The position numbers and the translations under genes were made by a program. This document shows positions 16,402 to 26,954 of a stretch of 32,000 nt of DNA, one piece after another. The stretch's first letter is position 1. Each line of letters begins with the position of its first letter. The DNA comes from Pseudodesulfovibrio mercurii (GTDB lineage Bacteria; Desulfobacterota; Desulfovibrionia; Desulfovibrionales; Desulfovibrionaceae), in the NCBI RefSeq assembly GCF_000189295.2, contig NC_016803.1:3780001-3812000 (forward strand), in the 5' to 3' direction. The notes below the pieces were generated by a model. It saw nothing but the letters and a program-made list of their open reading frames with translations, was not told the origin of the DNA and ran no database searches.

Positions 16402-18477
16402 GTGGCGAGAAAAGTACCTAGAGAGAAACAGCGCAACATTGGTATCATGGCCCACATCGATGCGGGCAAGACTACCACTACCGAGCGAATCCTGTTCTAC
16501 ACCGGCGTGTCCCACAAGATCGGTGAGGTCCATGATGGCGAAGCCACCATGGACTGGATGGTTCAGGAGCAGGAACGCGGCATCACCATCACGTCCGCCG
16601 CGACCACCTGCTTCTGGAAAGAGCACCGCATCAACATCATCGACACCCCGGGCCACGTGGACTTCACCATGGAAGTCGAGCGCGCCCTGCGCGTCCTGGA
16701 CGGCGCCGTCGCCGTTTTCGACTCCGTGGCAGGCGTCGAGCCGCAGTCCGAGACCGTGTGGCGCCAGGCCGACCGGTATCACGTGCCCCGCATGGCCTTC
16801 GTCAACAAGATGGACCGCATCGGCGCTGATTTCTTCCGTTGTGTCCGTATGATGAAGAACCGTCTGGGCGCCAAGGCTGTGCCTCTGCAGTTGCCCATCG
16901 GGGCCGAGGACGACTTTATGGGCGTCGTCGACCTGATCGAGGGCAAGGCCTATATCTACGACCACCTGGATCACGGCGCGAGCTTCACCACCACGGAAGT
17001 GCCCGCCGAGTTGCAGGACCAGTATGAAGAGATGCGCGCCGAGATGATCGAGGCCATTGCCGAGGAGGACGAAAGCCTGCTCGAGAAGTACATGGCCGAA
17101 GAGGAGATCACCCCGGACGAGATCCGCGAGGGCGTGCGCAAGGCGACCACCAACCTGGCCATCTGCCCGGTCCTGTGCGGCACCGCGTTCCGCAACAAGG
17201 GCGTGCAGCCGCTGCTGGACGCCGTTGTCGACTACCTGCCCAGCCCGCTGGACATCCCGCCCATGAAGGGCACGGACCCGCAGAACGTCGAGACCATCAT
17301 CGAGTGCCCCTGCGACGACGACGAGCCCATGGCCGCGCTGGCCTTCAAGCTCATGACCGACCCCTTCGTCGGTCACCTGACCTTCCTGCGCCTCTACTCG
17401 GGCAAGATCGAGTCCGGCGCCACGTTCATGAACGCGGCCACCGGCAAGAAGGAGCGCATCGGTCGTCTTTTGAAAATGCACGCCAACAAGCGTGAGGAAA
17501 TCAAAGAGGCGTACGCCGGCGACATCGTCGCCGCCGTCGGCCTCAAGAACGTGGCCACCGGCGATACCCTGTGCGACCTCAAGCGCGCTGTGGTTCTGGA
17601 GTCCCTGGACATCCCGGAGCCGGTCATCGAAGTGGCCATCGAACCCAAGACCAAGGCAGACCGTGACACCCTGTCCGCCGCCCTCGCCAAGCTGACCAAG
17701 GAGGATCCGTCCTTCCGCGTCAAGGGCGACGAGGAGACCGGACAGACCCTGATCGCCGGAATGGGCGAGTTGCACCTCGAGATCATCGTTGACCGCCTGC
17801 TGCGCGAGTTCAACGTGAACGCCAACGTGGGCGCCCCCCGCGTGGCCTATCGGGAGACCATCTCCGCGCCGAACAAGGTCGATGTCAAGCATGCCAAGCA
17901 GTCGGGTGGCCGTGGCCAGTACGGCCACGTCGTCATCGAGGTCGAGCCCAACCCCGAGAAGGGCTACGAGTTCGTGGACGAGATCAAGGGCGGCGTGATT
18001 CCCAAGGAATACATCCCCGCCGTGGACAAGGGCATCCAGGATGCCATGAAGAACGGCATCGTGGCCGGGTTCCCGGTCGTGGATGTGAAGGTCAAACTGG
18101 TCTTCGGCTCCTTCCATGAAGTCGACTCCAGCGAACAGGCCTTCTACATCGCCGGTTCCCTGGCCATCAAGGAAGCCTGCAGAGGCGCCAAGCCGGTGCT
18201 GCTCGAGCCGATCATGTCGGTGGAAGTGGTCACTCCCGAGGACTACCTCGGTGACGTCATGGGTGATTTGAACGGCCGCCGCGGCCGCGTGGGCGAAATG
18301 GAAGCCCGCACGGGCGTGCAGGTCATCCGGTCCTTCGTGCCGCTGTCCGAGATGTTCGGATACGCCACGGACCTCCGTTCCAAGACCCAGGGCCGTGCCA
18401 CCTTCACCATGCAGTTCGACCACTACGAGCGGCTGCCCGCCAATTTGGCCGAAGAGTTGATGAAAGGAAACGATTAA
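16402..18477 (+). CDS. fusA: Elongation factor G
   Basis: The 691-aa product has a GTG start at 16402, with GGAG 7 nt upstream. The N-terminus is [36 protein letters not shown] and NKMD motifs are present. Confidence 0.97.
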   Translation: MARKVPREKQRNIGIMAHIDAGKTTTTERILFYTGVSHKIGEVHDGEATMDWMVQEQERGITITSAATTCFWKEHRINIIDTPGHVDFTMEVERALRVLDGAVAVFDSVAGVEPQSETVWRQADRYHVPRMAFVNKMDRIGADFFRCVRMMKNRLGAKAVPLQLPIGAEDDFMGVVDLIEGKAYIYDHLDHGASFTTTEVPAELQDQYEEMRAEMIEAIAEEDESLLEKYMAEEEITPDEIREGVRKATTNLAICPVLCGTAFRNKGVQPLLDAVVDYLPSPLDIPPMKGTDPQNVETIIECPCDDDEPMAALAFKLMTDPFVGHLTFLRLYSGKIESGATFMNAATGKKERIGRLLKMHANKREEIKEAYAGDIVAAVGLKNVATGDTLCDLKRAVVLESLDIPEPVIEVAIEPKTKADRDTLSAALAKLTKEDPSFRVKGDEETGQTLIAGMGELHLEIIVDRLLREFNVNANVGAPRVAYRETISAPNKVDVKHAKQSGGRGQYGHVVIEVEPNPEKGYEFVDEIKGGVIPKEYIPAVDKGIQDAMKNGIVAGFPVVDVKVKLVFGSFHEVDSSEQAFYIAGSLAIKEACRGAKPVLLEPIMSVEVVTPEDYLGDVMGDLNGRRGRVGEMEARTGVQVIRSFVPLSEMFGYATDLRSKTQGRATFTMQFDHYERLPANLAEELMKGND

Positions 18478-18505
18478 CACGTAGAGCCTAGGATTTTCCC
18501 TTTGC

Positions 18506-18534
18506 TTGACAGTGCGGCGGTGCGGGTGTACTCA
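18506..18534 (+). promoter_or_regulatory. Candidate S10-operon promoter: -35 TTGACA, 17-nt spacer, -10 TACTCA
   Basis: A perfect -35 lies at 18506-18511 and TACTCA at 18529-18534, preceded by TG at 18527-18528. The site overlaps a strong hairpin at 18514-18547. Confidence 0.4.
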
Positions 18535-18610
18535 ACCCGACCGCCGCATGAATCGGCGCCTTTTTTTCTTTCAGGCGCGGTAAAGATAAATCCTTTGAGG
18601 AGAAAGCACT

Positions 18611-18931
18611 ATGGCTGCTTCGATGGCGAGCGATCGCATCAGAATCAAACTGAGAGCATACGATTACCGTATTCTGGACAAGGCTGTCACCGAAATCGTT
18701 GACACCGCCCGGAATACCGGTGCGGCAATCGCCGGCCCCGTGCCGCTGCCCACCGACATTCATCGTACCACCGTCCAGAAGTCCGTGCACGTGGACAAAA
18801 AGTCCCGCGAGCAGTTCGAGATGCGCATCCACAAGCGTCTCCTGGACATTCTTGAACCCACTCAGCAGACGGTCGACGCCCTGGGCAAGCTTTCGCTGCC
18901 CGCCGGCGTGGACGTCGAGATCAAGCTCTAG
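18611..18931 (+). CDS. rpsJ: 30S ribosomal protein S10
   Basis: The 106-aa product has a GAGGAG SD at 18597-18602, 8 nt before ATG 18611. It contains [15 protein letters not shown]. An in-frame ATG at 18623 is a less supported alternative. Confidence 0.96.
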   Translation: MAASMASDRIRIKLRAYDYRILDKAVTEIVDTARNTGAAIAGPVPLPTDIHRTTVQKSVHVDKKSREQFEMRIHKRLLDILEPTQQTVDALGKLSLPAGVDVEIKL

Positions 18932-18941
18932 GAGTATAGTT

Positions 18942-19574
18942 ATGGCTAAGACTCTCGGATTGCTTGGCAGAAAGCTGGGCATGACCCGCATATTCAAGAG
19001 CGATGGTACCATCTGCCCCGTCACGGTTATCGAGGCGGGACCCTGCGCGGTCATGCAGATCAAGACCACGGACAAGGAAGGTTACAACGCCCTGCAGCTC
19101 GGTTACGATACCGTGCCCGAGCGCAAGGTGAACAAGCCCATGAAAGGCCACATGGCCAAGGCCGGCGACGCCCTGTACCGCCACCTCAAGGAATTCCCCC
19201 TGGAGGTCGTGGACGGCTACGAGCTGGGCCAGGAAATCACCGTCGACATCTTTGCCGCCGGTGAAAAGGTCAAGGTTACCGGTACCTCCAAGGGTAAAGG
19301 TTTCCAGGGCGTCATGAAGCGTCACAACTTCAATGGCTCCCGCGCTTCCCACGGTGCCGAGAAAGTGCACCGCGTGCCCGGTTCCGTCGGTAACGCGACG
19401 TACCCCGGCCGCGTCTGGAAGGGCAAGCGGATGGCCGGCCATATGGGCAGTGAGCGTGTGACCTTGAGCAACGTTGAGATCGTCGATGTCAGGCCCGAGG
19501 ACAATGTCCTCCTGGTCAAGGGCCAGGTGCCCGGCCCCAACAACGGCCTCGTGATGATCCGCAAGAACGGCTAA
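18942..19574 (+). CDS. rplC: 50S ribosomal protein L3
   Basis: ORF 18699..19574 was trimmed to the ATG at 18942, with a GGAG SD at 18931-18934. The N-terminus is [18 protein letters not shown]. The product is 210 aa. Confidence 0.97.
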   Translation: MAKTLGLLGRKLGMTRIFKSDGTICPVTVIEAGPCAVMQIKTTDKEGYNALQLGYDTVPERKVNKPMKGHMAKAGDALYRHLKEFPLEVVDGYELGQEITVDIFAAGEKVKVTGTSKGKGFQGVMKRHNFNGSRASHGAEKVHRVPGSVGNATYPGRVWKGKRMAGHMGSERVTLSNVEIVDVRPEDNVLLVKGQVPGPNNGLVMIRKNG

Positions 19575-19586
19575 GAGGTATACGTC

Positions 19587-20207
19587 ATGGCAAAAATTCA
19601 AGTTGTAGATCAGAATAACACGAAGGTGGGCGATTTCGAACTGGCCCCCGAGGTTTTCGAGGTGGAGATCATGCCCGAAATCCTCAACCAGGTCGTCCGC
19701 GCCCAGCGTGCCTCTCAGCGTCAGGGCACCCACGCCACCAAGAACCGCGCCCTCAAGGCCGGCGGCGGTCGCAAGCCGTGGCGCCAGAAGGGCACCGGCC
19801 GCGCCCGTGCCGGTTCCAGCAATTCGCCCCTGTGGCGTGGCGGCGCCGCCGCTTTCGGCCCGCAGCCCCGCGACTACACCTTCAAGGTCAACAAGAAGGT
19901 GCGCAAGCTGGCCCTGAAGATGGCCCTGTCCTCCCGCGTCTCCGAAGCGAAGATGACGGTGGTCAGCTCCATCGATCTCCCCGAGATCAAGACCAAGGCC
20001 TTTGCCGAAGTCGCCAAGAACCTCGGCCTGAACAAAACTCTGATCGTCGCCAAAGACGCCGATCCGAAGCTGACCATGTCCGCGCGCAACATGCCGCACA
20101 TCAAGGTCATCGAGGCCGACAAGCTGAATGTTTACGACGTGCTGCTGTACCCCGAGCTGGTCATGCTCGAGTCCGCCGCCCAAGACGTTCAAGAGAGGTT
20201 GAAGTAA
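19587..20207 (+). CDS. rplD: 50S ribosomal protein L4
   Basis: The 206-aa product contains GGGRKPWRQKGTGRARAGS. Confidence 0.98.
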   Translation: MAKIQVVDQNNTKVGDFELAPEVFEVEIMPEILNQVVRAQRASQRQGTHATKNRALKAGGGRKPWRQKGTGRARAGSSNSPLWRGGAAAFGPQPRDYTFKVNKKVRKLALKMALSSRVSEAKMTVVSSIDLPEIKTKAFAEVAKNLGLNKTLIVAKDADPKLTMSARNMPHIKVIEADKLNVYDVLLYPELVMLESAAQDVQERLK

Positions 20208-20500
20208 TGGATTATTCGAAAGTCCTGCTCAAGCCCGTGGTCTCCGAGAAGGCCAACGAGGCCAAGGAGCAATCCAATCACGTCTCTTTTTACGTCCACC
20301 CCGACTCCAACAAGATCGAGGTGAAGAAGGCCGTTGAGGCAGCCTTCGACGTCAAAGTCGAGTCCGTGAATATCGTGGCCAAGAAAGCCGCGCCGCGCAA
20401 GCGCATGGGCCGCCTGACCGGTGGACGCGTCCCCGGGTACAAGAAGGCCTACGTCAAGCTTGCCGCCGGCGATAAAATCGAAATCTTCGAAGGAGTGTAA
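20207..20500 (+). CDS. rplW: 50S ribosomal protein L23
   Basis: The ATG at 20207 overlaps the rplD TAA by 1 nt. The gene lies in the frame of ORF 19778..20500. The N-terminus is [30 protein letters not shown]. The product is 97 aa. Confidence 0.96.
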   Translation: MDYSKVLLKPVVSEKANEAKEQSNHVSFYVHPDSNKIEVKKAVEAAFDVKVESVNIVAKKAAPRKRMGRLTGGRVPGYKKAYVKLAAGDKIEIFEGV

Positions 20501-20502
20501 CC

Positions 20503-21333
20503 ATGGCAACCCGTAAGCTGAAGCCTACTTCTCCGGGCCGCCGGTTCCAGACCATCTCCGATTTCGCGGAGATCACCCGGACCACTCCCGAGAAGTCGCT
20601 GACCAAAGGTCTGACCCAGAAGGCCGGACGTAACAATAACGGTCGTGTCACCATGCGTCGCCGCGGCGGCGGCAACAAGTCCCTGTACCGCCTGATCGAC
20701 TTCAAGCGGAACAAGCTTGGCGTGCCCGCCAAGGTGGCCGAGATCGAGTACGATCCGAACCGTAGCGCCCGCATCGCCCTGCTGCACTACGCGGACGGCG
20801 AGAAGCGCTACATCCTGGCCCCTGTCGGGCTGAACCAGGGCGACGTCATCACCGCCGGTGAAGGCGCCGACATCAAGCCCGGCAACGCCATGGCTCTGAC
20901 CCAGATCCCGACCGGTACCGTCGTGCACAACATCGAGCTGTACCCGGGCAAGGGCGGCCAGTTCTGCCGCGCCGCCGGCACCTACGCCCAGCTCATCGCC
21001 AAGGAAGGCAAGTACGCGCTCCTGCGCATGCCCTCCGGCGAGGTCCGCAAGGTGCTGGCCGCCTGCTGCGCCACCATCGGCCAGGTTGGTAACATTCATC
21101 ACGAGAACATCAAGATCGGTAAGGCCGGACGCAATCGTTGGCTTGGCCGTCGCCCGAAGGTCCGTGGTGTGGCAATGAACCCGATCGATCACCCGCTGGG
21201 TGGTGGTGAGGGCCGCAGTTCCGGTGGTCGCCATCCGGTGTCCCCGTGGGGTACCCCGGCCAAGGGCTACAAGACCCGGAACCGCAAGAAGGCTTCCTCG
21301 AAGCTCATCGTCAAACGCCGCGGCCAGAAGTAG
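20503..21333 (+). CDS. rplB: 50S ribosomal protein L2
   Basis: The 276-aa product contains [35 protein letters not shown]. Confidence 0.98.
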   Translation: MATRKLKPTSPGRRFQTISDFAEITRTTPEKSLTKGLTQKAGRNNNGRVTMRRRGGGNKSLYRLIDFKRNKLGVPAKVAEIEYDPNRSARIALLHYADGEKRYILAPVGLNQGDVITAGEGADIKPGNAMALTQIPTGTVVHNIELYPGKGGQFCRAAGTYAQLIAKEGKYALLRMPSGEVRKVLAACCATIGQVGNIHHENIKIGKAGRNRWLGRRPKVRGVAMNPIDHPLGGGEGRSSGGRHPVSPWGTPAKGYKTRNRKKASSKLIVKRRGQK

Positions 21334-21344
21334 GAGTATAACCA

Positions 21345-21614
21345 ATGCCTAGATCGCTTAAGAAGGGTCCGTTCCTGGACGGTCACCTGATCAAGAAAAT
21401 CCAAGTGGCCGCCGAGAATCAGGACCGCCGCGTGATCAAGACCTGGTCCCGCCGTTCCACGATCGTCCCCGAGATGGTCGGCATGACCTTCGCCGTCCAC
21501 AACGGCCGGAAGTTCATCCCCGTGTTCGTGACCGAAAACATGGTCGGTCACAAGCTCGGTGAGTTCTCCCCGACCCGCACCTACTTCGGCCACGTCGCCG
21601 ACAAGAAGAAGTAG
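21345..21614 (+). CDS. rpsS: 30S ribosomal protein S19
   Basis: The 89-aa product begins [15 protein letters not shown] and contains [23 protein letters not shown]. Confidence 0.98.
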   Translation: MPRSLKKGPFLDGHLIKKIQVAAENQDRRVIKTWSRRSTIVPEMVGMTFAVHNGRKFIPVFVTENMVGHKLGEFSPTRTYFGHVADKKK

Positions 21615-21626
21615 GGGGAGTACGTT

Positions 21627-21959
21627 ATGGAAGCCAAAGCAGTTGCCAAGTTCATCCGCGTGTCGCCGCGCAAGACCCGCATCGTTGCCGAGAACATCAA
21701 GGGCAAGGGCGTCGAGGATGCCCTGAACATCCTGCGGTTCACCCCGCAGAAGCCCGCCGACATCCTCAGCAAGGTGCTGTACTCCGCCGTGTCCAACGCG
21801 GAGCAGATGCCCGGCGTGGACGTCGATTCCCTGGTCGTCGCCTCGGTCGTGGTCAATGAAGGGCCCACCTGGAAGCGCATTCAGCCGCGCGCCATGGGCC
21901 GCGCCTACCGCGTCCGCAAGCGCACCAGTCACATCACCATCGTAGTCAAGGAACAGTAG
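21627..21959 (+). CDS. rplV: 50S ribosomal protein L22
   Basis: The 110-aa product begins [18 protein letters not shown] and contains [24 protein letters not shown]. Confidence 0.98.
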   Translation: MEAKAVAKFIRVSPRKTRIVAENIKGKGVEDALNILRFTPQKPADILSKVLYSAVSNAEQMPGVDVDSLVVASVVVNEGPTWKRIQPRAMGRAYRVRKRTSHITIVVKEQ

Positions 21960-21960
21960 T

Positions 21961-22602
21961 ATGGGACAGAAAGTACATCCTTACGGTTTTCGTCTGGGGT
22001 ATAACAAGAACTGGCTGTCCCGCTGGTACAGCAGAAAGGACTACCCTGCGTTCGTCTTCCAGGACGACCAGGTCCGCAAGTTCGTTAAGAAAAAACTGTT
22101 TCAGGCCGGCGTGTCCCGCATCGAGATCGAGCGGGCCGGCGGCAAGATTCGCCTGATCATCCACACCGCGCGTCCCGGTATCGTCATCGGCCGCAAGGGT
22201 GTTGAGATAGAAAAGTTGCGTGAGGAATTGCGCAGCAAGTTTCAAACCGAGTTCACCATTGAGGTCAACGAGATTCGTCGGCCTGAGGTTGAGGCTCAGC
22301 TCGTAGCTGAGAGTATTGCCCAGCAACTCGAACGCCGCATTGCCTTCCGCCGTGCCATGAAGCGCACGGTGGGCCTTGCCAGGAAATTCGGCGCCGAGGG
22401 TATCAAAGTCGCGTGTGCGGGTCGCCTTGCCGGCGCCGAAATCGCGCGCGGCGAATGGTACCGTGATGGGCGTGTGCCGCTGCACACCCTCCGTGCGGAC
22501 ATCGACTACGGTTTTGCCGAGGCCTCCACGACCTACGGCGTGATCGGCGTCAAGGTCTGGATCTTCAAGGGTGAGATTCTGGACAAAGAGGTACAACAGT
22601 AA
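21961..22602 (+). CDS. rpsC: 30S ribosomal protein S3
   Basis: The 213-aa product begins [23 protein letters not shown] and has a KH domain. Confidence 0.98.
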   Translation: MGQKVHPYGFRLGYNKNWLSRWYSRKDYPAFVFQDDQVRKFVKKKLFQAGVSRIEIERAGGKIRLIIHTARPGIVIGRKGVEIEKLREELRSKFQTEFTIEVNEIRRPEVEAQLVAESIAQQLERRIAFRRAMKRTVGLARKFGAEGIKVACAGRLAGAEIARGEWYRDGRVPLHTLRADIDYGFAEASTTYGVIGVKVWIFKGEILDKEVQQ

Positions 22603-23015
22603 TGCTTGCTCCAAAAAGAGTTAAATTCAGAAAATGGCAGAAAGGCCGACTCAGAGGCAAGGCCCAACGGGGTAACGTGGTGTCCTTCGGCGATATCGGG
22701 CTGAAGGCATTGGAGCACGGAAAGATCACCAATCAGCAGATTGAGTCCGCTCGTGTCGCGATCATGCGTCACATCAAGCGCGGCGGTAAGGTCTGGATCC
22801 GCATCTTCCCTGATCACCCCACCACCTCCAAGCCCGCGGAAGTCCGTCAGGGCAAGGGTAAAGGCGCTCCCGACGGTTGGGTCGCGCCGGTGAAACCGGG
22901 CCGTATCATGTACGAAGTCAAGGGCGTCGACATCGAGCTCGCCAAGGAAGCCCTCAAGCGCGCTTCCTACAAGCTCCCGATCAAGACGACCATCGTTGTC
23001 AAGGAGGGTATGTAA
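22602..23015 (+). CDS. rplP: 50S ribosomal protein L16
   Basis: The 137-aa product begins [16 protein letters not shown]. Its start overlaps the rpsC stop by 1 nt. Confidence 0.98.
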   Translation: MLAPKRVKFRKWQKGRLRGKAQRGNVVSFGDIGLKALEHGKITNQQIESARVAIMRHIKRGGKVWIRIFPDHPTTSKPAEVRQGKGKGAPDGWVAPVKPGRIMYEVKGVDIELAKEALKRASYKLPIKTTIVVKEGM

Positions 23016-23210
23016 ATGCTGTCCAACAAGGAACTTCGTGAAATGGATGACGCAAAGCTGACCGAGACCCTGAAGGATGCCCGGCATGAGCTGTTCTCCA
23101 TGCGCTTCAAGCATGCGACGGCCCAGCTGGAAAACACCAAGGCTCTCAGCGGCGCAAAAAAGACCATCGCCCGTATCCTGACCATTCAGCGGGAACGGCA
23201 GGGAGCGTAA
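23016..23210 (+). CDS. rpmC: 50S ribosomal protein L29
   Basis: The 64-aa ORF begins immediately after the rplP stop. It contains ELREMDDAKLTETLKDARHELFSMRF. Confidence 0.96.
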   Translation: MLSNKELREMDDAKLTETLKDARHELFSMRFKHATAQLENTKALSGAKKTIARILTIQRERQGA

Positions 23211-23213
23211 GAA

Positions 23214-23480
23214 ATGGCTGAGTTCAAATACCAAGGCAACAAGCGGTTGCTGACCGGACTGGTCATCTCCGACAAGGCCGACAAGACCATCGTCGTCCGC
23301 GTCGAGACCCTGGTGAAGCATCCGCTGCTGAAGAAGTACATCCGTCGCCGCAAGAAGTTCATGGCCCACGATCCGGCCAACGACTGCGGTGTCGGCGATA
23401 CGGTGCAGATTGTCGAGTCGAGACCCATGTCCAAGCGCAAGCGCTGGCACCTGGTGAAGATTCTCGAAAAGGCCGTGTAG
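23214..23480 (+). CDS. rpsQ: 30S ribosomal protein S17
   Basis: The 88-aa product contains GLVISDKADKTIVVRVE and KFMAHDPANDCGVGDTVQIVESRPMSK. Confidence 0.97.
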   Translation: MAEFKYQGNKRLLTGLVISDKADKTIVVRVETLVKHPLLKKYIRRRKKFMAHDPANDCGVGDTVQIVESRPMSKRKRWHLVKILEKAV

Positions 23481-23499
23481 GGATTAGGAGGATATCGAA

Positions 23500-23868
23500 A
23501 TGATTCAGGTTGAATCCAATCTCGACGTGGCTGACAACTCCGGAGCCAAGAAGGTCGCCTGCATCAAGGTGCTCGGTGGTTCCAAACGCCGTTACGCCAG
23601 CGTCGGTGATATTATCGTAGTGTCCGTCAAGGAGGCCATGCCCCATTCCAAGGTGAAGAAGGGCTCGGTCATGAAGGCGGTTGTCGTCCGCACCAAGAAG
23701 GAACTCGGCCGTCCCGACGGCTCCTTCATCAAGTTCGACAACAACTCCGCCGTGCTGCTGAACAACAACATGGAGCCCGTGGGAACCCGTATTTTCGGCC
23801 CCGTGGCCCGTGAACTGCGCGCCGCCGGTTTCATGAAGATCGTTTCCCTCGCTCCCGAGGTTCTGTAA
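23500..23868 (+). CDS. rplN: 50S ribosomal protein L14
   Basis: The 122-aa product begins [28 protein letters not shown]. Confidence 0.98.
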   Translation: MIQVESNLDVADNSGAKKVACIKVLGGSKRRYASVGDIIVVSVKEAMPHSKVKKGSVMKAVVVRTKKELGRPDGSFIKFDNNSAVLLNNNMEPVGTRIFGPVARELRAAGFMKIVSLAPEVL

Positions 23869-23878
23869 GGAAATCACG

Positions 23879-24199
23879 ATGCAGACTAAAATTCGCAAAG
23901 ACGACAAGGTCATGGTCATCGCCGGGAAGGACAAGGGAAAGGTCGGCAAGGTCTTGAAGATCCTCAAGAAGCAGGACAAGGTCCTGGTCGAGAAGGTGAA
24001 CATGGTCCAGCGCCATACCAAGGCCAACCCGTACGCCCAGCAGCCCGGTGGCATTATCGAGAAGGAAGCCCCTATCCATGTATCCAATGTGGCTATTGTG
24101 TGCGACGCCTGCACCAAGCCCACGCGGGTAGGGTACAAGAAGACTGAAGACGGCAAGAAGGTGCGCTTCTGCAAGAAGTGCAACGAGACCTTCAAATAG
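23879..24199 (+). CDS. rplX: 50S ribosomal protein L24 (with C-terminal CxxC...CxxC)
   Basis: The 106-aa product has the KOW motif [19 protein letters not shown]. Cys75-x2-Cys78-x19-Cys98-x2-Cys101 was read from the translation. Confidence 0.97.
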   Translation: MQTKIRKDDKVMVIAGKDKGKVGKVLKILKKQDKVLVEKVNMVQRHTKANPYAQQPGGIIEKEAPIHVSNVAIVCDACTKPTRVGYKKTEDGKKVRFCKKCNETFK

Positions 24200-24207
24200 G
24201 TATCAGT

Positions 24208-24747
24208 ATGACACGTCTCGAAAAGTTGTATAACGAAAAGGTCGTCCCCGAGCTCCAGAAGGAGTACGGTTACACCTCGTCCATGGAGATCCCCAAAATG
24301 GTCAAGATCTCCCTGAACATCGGCCTCGGTGCTGCCAGCCAGAACAGCAAGCTCATCGAAGCCGCCGCCGACGAGTTGACCGCCATCGCCGGGCAGAAGG
24401 CCGTGGTCACCCTGGCCAAGAAGTCCATCGCGCAGTTCAAGCTGCGCGAGGGCCAGCCGGTTGGGTGCCGCGTTACCCTGCGCGATGATCTCATGTGGGA
24501 CTTTTATGACAAGCTCGTGAGCTTCGCTCTGCCCCGGGTCCGCGACTTCCGCGGCGTCCCCGACCGTGGTTTCGACGGTCGCGGCAACTTCACCCTGGGC
24601 ATCAAGGAACACACCATCTTCCCCGAGCTTGACATCGACAGGGTGGAATTGGTGAAGGGCATGAACGTGACCGTGACCACCACGGCCAAGACCGACAAGG
24701 AAGGCAAGACCCTTCTTGACCTCCTTGGCATGCCCTTTAAAAAGTAG
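24208..24747 (+). CDS. rplE: 50S ribosomal protein L5
   Basis: ORF 24178..24747 was trimmed to the ATG at 24208. The N-terminus is [22 protein letters not shown]. The product is 179 aa. Confidence 0.96.
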   Translation: MTRLEKLYNEKVVPELQKEYGYTSSMEIPKMVKISLNIGLGAASQNSKLIEAAADELTAIAGQKAVVTLAKKSIAQFKLREGQPVGCRVTLRDDLMWDFYDKLVSFALPRVRDFRGVPDRGFDGRGNFTLGIKEHTIFPELDIDRVELVKGMNVTVTTTAKTDKEGKTLLDLLGMPFKK

Positions 24748-24758
24748 GAGGACGGAAA

Positions 24759-24944
24759 GTGGCCAAGACAAGCTTACGCGTTAAGGCAAGCCGCAAACCC
24801 AAGTTCAAGGTCCGCGCTTACAATCGGTGCCCGATTTGTGGCCGTCCTCGGGCTTTCCTGAGGCGGTACGGCATCTGCCGTATCTGCTTCCGCAACAAGG
24901 CTCTCGCCGGCGAACTGCCCGGCGTCCGCAAGGCGAGCTGGTAA
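24759..24944 (+). CDS. rpsZ: 30S ribosomal protein S14, short zinc-binding type (type Z)
   Basis: The 61-aa product has a GTG start at 24759 with a GGAGGA SD upstream. It carries CPICG...CRICF (Cys24/27/40/43) and ends in W. Confidence 0.96.
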   Translation: MAKTSLRVKASRKPKFKVRAYNRCPICGRPRAFLRRYGICRICFRNKALAGELPGVRKASW

Positions 24945-24959
24945 TTAAGGAGAAATGAA

Positions 24960-25343
24960 ATGGCTGTTGTTGATCCTGTAGCCGACATGTTGACCCGCAT
25001 CCGGAATGCGTATGGCGCCTATCACACCGATGTCGTCGTGCCGGCTTCCAAGATGAAGTCTTCCATCGCGGGTATCCTGAAGGAAGAAGGTTATATCGCC
25101 GACTACGCTGTCGAGGACAGGGACATCAGTATTACCCTCAAGTACGCCGAAGGCAAACCGCTTATCACTGGCCTGAAGAAGGTCAGCAAGCCCGGTCGCC
25201 GTGTGTACGTTGGTGCTTCTGATATCCCCCGCGTCCAGAACGGCATCGGTATTTGTATCGTGTCCACCTCCAAGGGGCTGCTCGAGGGCGCCAAGGCCAA
25301 AGAGGCCAACGTCGGCGGCGAGCTCCTCTGCGAAATCTGGTAA
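24960..25343 (+). CDS. rpsH: 30S ribosomal protein S8
   Basis: The 127-aa product has an AAGGAG SD at 24947-24952 and begins MAVVDPVADMLTRIRNA. Confidence 0.98.
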   Translation: MAVVDPVADMLTRIRNAYGAYHTDVVVPASKMKSSIAGILKEEGYIADYAVEDRDISITLKYAEGKPLITGLKKVSKPGRRVYVGASDIPRVQNGIGICIVSTSKGLLEGAKAKEANVGGELLCEIW

Positions 25344-25355
25344 AGAGGTTCCGTT

Positions 25356-25892
25356 ATGTCTCGTATAGGAAAGAATCCCATCGTCATCCCTTCGGGTGTC
25401 GAGGTGTCAGTCGGAGCCTCCGAAATCCAGGTCAAGGGTCCCAAGGGGTCCTTGAATACTCCGGTCGATTCGTCCGTTGAGTACAAGATCGAGGATGGCA
25501 AGGTGTACGTTTCCCGCGTGGATGATTCCCGCCGCTCCCGCGATCAGCACGGTCTTCGTCGGACCCTGCTGGCCAACTGCGTGGACGGTGTGACCAAGGG
25601 CTTCACCAAGACCCTGGAAGTCATCGGCGTCGGTTACAAGGTGTCCGTGCAGGGCAAGAAAGTCGTTCTGGCCGTCGGGTATTCCCACCCGGTGGAGTTC
25701 GACCTGCCCGCCGGCCTGGAGGCCAAGGTGGAAGGCGCCAAGCTGACCATCGAGGGCATCGACAAGCAGCTTGTCGGTGAAATTGCGGCCCAGATTCGTC
25801 GTGTGCGTCCGCCGGAACCCTACAAGGGCAAGGGCATCAAGTACCTCGACGAAGTCATTCGCCGCAAGGCCGGTAAGTCCGGCTCCAAGTAG
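25356..25892 (+). CDS. rplF: 50S ribosomal protein L6
   Basis: The 178-aa product begins [17 protein letters not shown] and contains [11 protein letters not shown]. Confidence 0.98.
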   Translation: MSRIGKNPIVIPSGVEVSVGASEIQVKGPKGSLNTPVDSSVEYKIEDGKVYVSRVDDSRRSRDQHGLRRTLLANCVDGVTKGFTKTLEVIGVGYKVSVQGKKVVLAVGYSHPVEFDLPAGLEAKVEGAKLTIEGIDKQLVGEIAAQIRRVRPPEPYKGKGIKYLDEVIRRKAGKSGSK

Positions 25893-25902
25893 GGGTAAAG
25901 TC

Positions 25903-26259
25903 ATGAAAAGCAAGAATGCACAGAGGCTTCTTCGGAAGCCTCGCATCAGGAAGAAGGTCTCCGGCACCGAAGCCCGGCCCCGCCTGGTCGTCTACCGCTC
26001 CAACCAGCATCTCTATGCTCAGTTGGTGGACGACGTGAACGGCGTGACCCTCGCCTCCGCCAGCACCCAGGTGCTGAACAAGGACGGCGAGACGCTGAAG
26101 GCCAACAAGGAATCCGCCGCCAAGGTTGGCAAGGCTATCGCCGAAGCCGCCCTGGCCAAGCAGATCGAGGCCTGCGTCTTCGACCGGAACGGATATATCT
26201 ATCACGGCAAGATCAAAGCCCTTGCCGACGGCGCCCGTGAAGGCGGGCTGAAATTCTAG
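25903..26259 (+). CDS. rplR: 50S ribosomal protein L18
   Basis: The gene lies in the frame of ORF 25771..26259 and was trimmed to the ATG at 25903. It contains [20 protein letters not shown] and [26 protein letters not shown]. The product is 118 aa. Confidence 0.96.
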   Translation: MKSKNAQRLLRKPRIRKKVSGTEARPRLVVYRSNQHLYAQLVDDVNGVTLASASTQVLNKDGETLKANKESAAKVGKAIAEAALAKQIEACVFDRNGYIYHGKIKALADGAREGGLKF

Positions 26260-26275
26260 GCACCAGGAAAAAACA

Positions 26276-26767
26276 ATGGAACAGAATGAAAGTGGATTGA
26301 TTGAAAAAATCGTCTACCTCAATCGCGTCGCCAAGGTTGTCAAGGGTGGCCGCCGTTTCAGCTTCAGCTGCCTGGTGGTCGTCGGTGACGGTGAAGGTGG
26401 AGTCGGTTATGGCCTGGGCAAGGCCAACGAAGTGCCCGAAGCCATCCGCAAGGCCGGTGAGCGCGCCAAGAAGAACATGATCAATGTTCCTCTGCTGGAC
26501 GGCACCCTCCCGTACGAGATTCTGGGACGCTACGGCGCGGGCCGCGTCATGCTCAAGCCCGCCAGCCGAGGCACCGGCATCATCGCCGGCGGTCCCGTCC
26601 GTGCGATCATGGAGGCCGTTGGCGTCAGCGACATCCTGACCAAGGCCATCGGGACCAACAACCCGCACAACGTGCTGCGGGCCACCATGGCTGGACTGGA
26701 GTCCCTGCGCAGCGCCGAGGAGATTTCCTCCCTGCGCGGCGTGTCGGTCTCCACTCCCAGAAAGTAG
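26276..26767 (+). CDS. rpsE: 30S ribosomal protein S5
   Basis: The 163-aa product contains [39 protein letters not shown]. Confidence 0.98.
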   Translation: MEQNESGLIEKIVYLNRVAKVVKGGRRFSFSCLVVVGDGEGGVGYGLGKANEVPEAIRKAGERAKKNMINVPLLDGTLPYEILGRYGAGRVMLKPASRGTGIIAGGPVRAIMEAVGVSDILTKAIGTNNPHNVLRATMAGLESLRSAEEISSLRGVSVSTPRK

Positions 26768-26780
26768 GAAGGTGATCGCC

Positions 26781-26954
26781 GTGATTAAAGTGAAACAGAT
26801 CAAGAGCAAGATCTCGTGCAAGCCCCACCAGGTGAAGATCCTGGAGTCCCTGGGCCTGCACCGGATCAATCAGGTCAAAGAGCACGATGACACTCCCGTC
26901 ATCCGCGGAATGGTCTATAAGGTCAGACACCTGGTGGAGGTTACCGAATCATGA
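26781..26954 (+). CDS. rpmD: 50S ribosomal protein L30
   Basis: The gene lies in the frame of ORF 26772..26954. GTG 26781 is preferred because the GTG at 26772 sits inside the SD-like GGAAGGTGATC (26767-26777). The product is [45 protein letters not shown]... The start has a 9-nt uncertainty. Confidence 0.9.
   Translation: MIKVKQIKSKISCKPHQVKILESLGLHRINQVKEHDDTPVIRGMVYKVRHLVEVTES

Noticed and set aside
16387-18480. 697-aa minus-strand ORF antisense to fusA.
   Set aside because: The shadow-ORF logic is the same as for rpoB. It spans exactly the fusA CDS, and its GTG start is merely the complement of the cac that follows the fusA stop.
24955-24981. ATG at 24955, closer to the AAGGAG upstream of rpsH.
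   Set aside because: It is out of frame with S8 and terminates after 8 codons. ATG 24960 gives the conserved MAVVDPVADMLTRIRNA.
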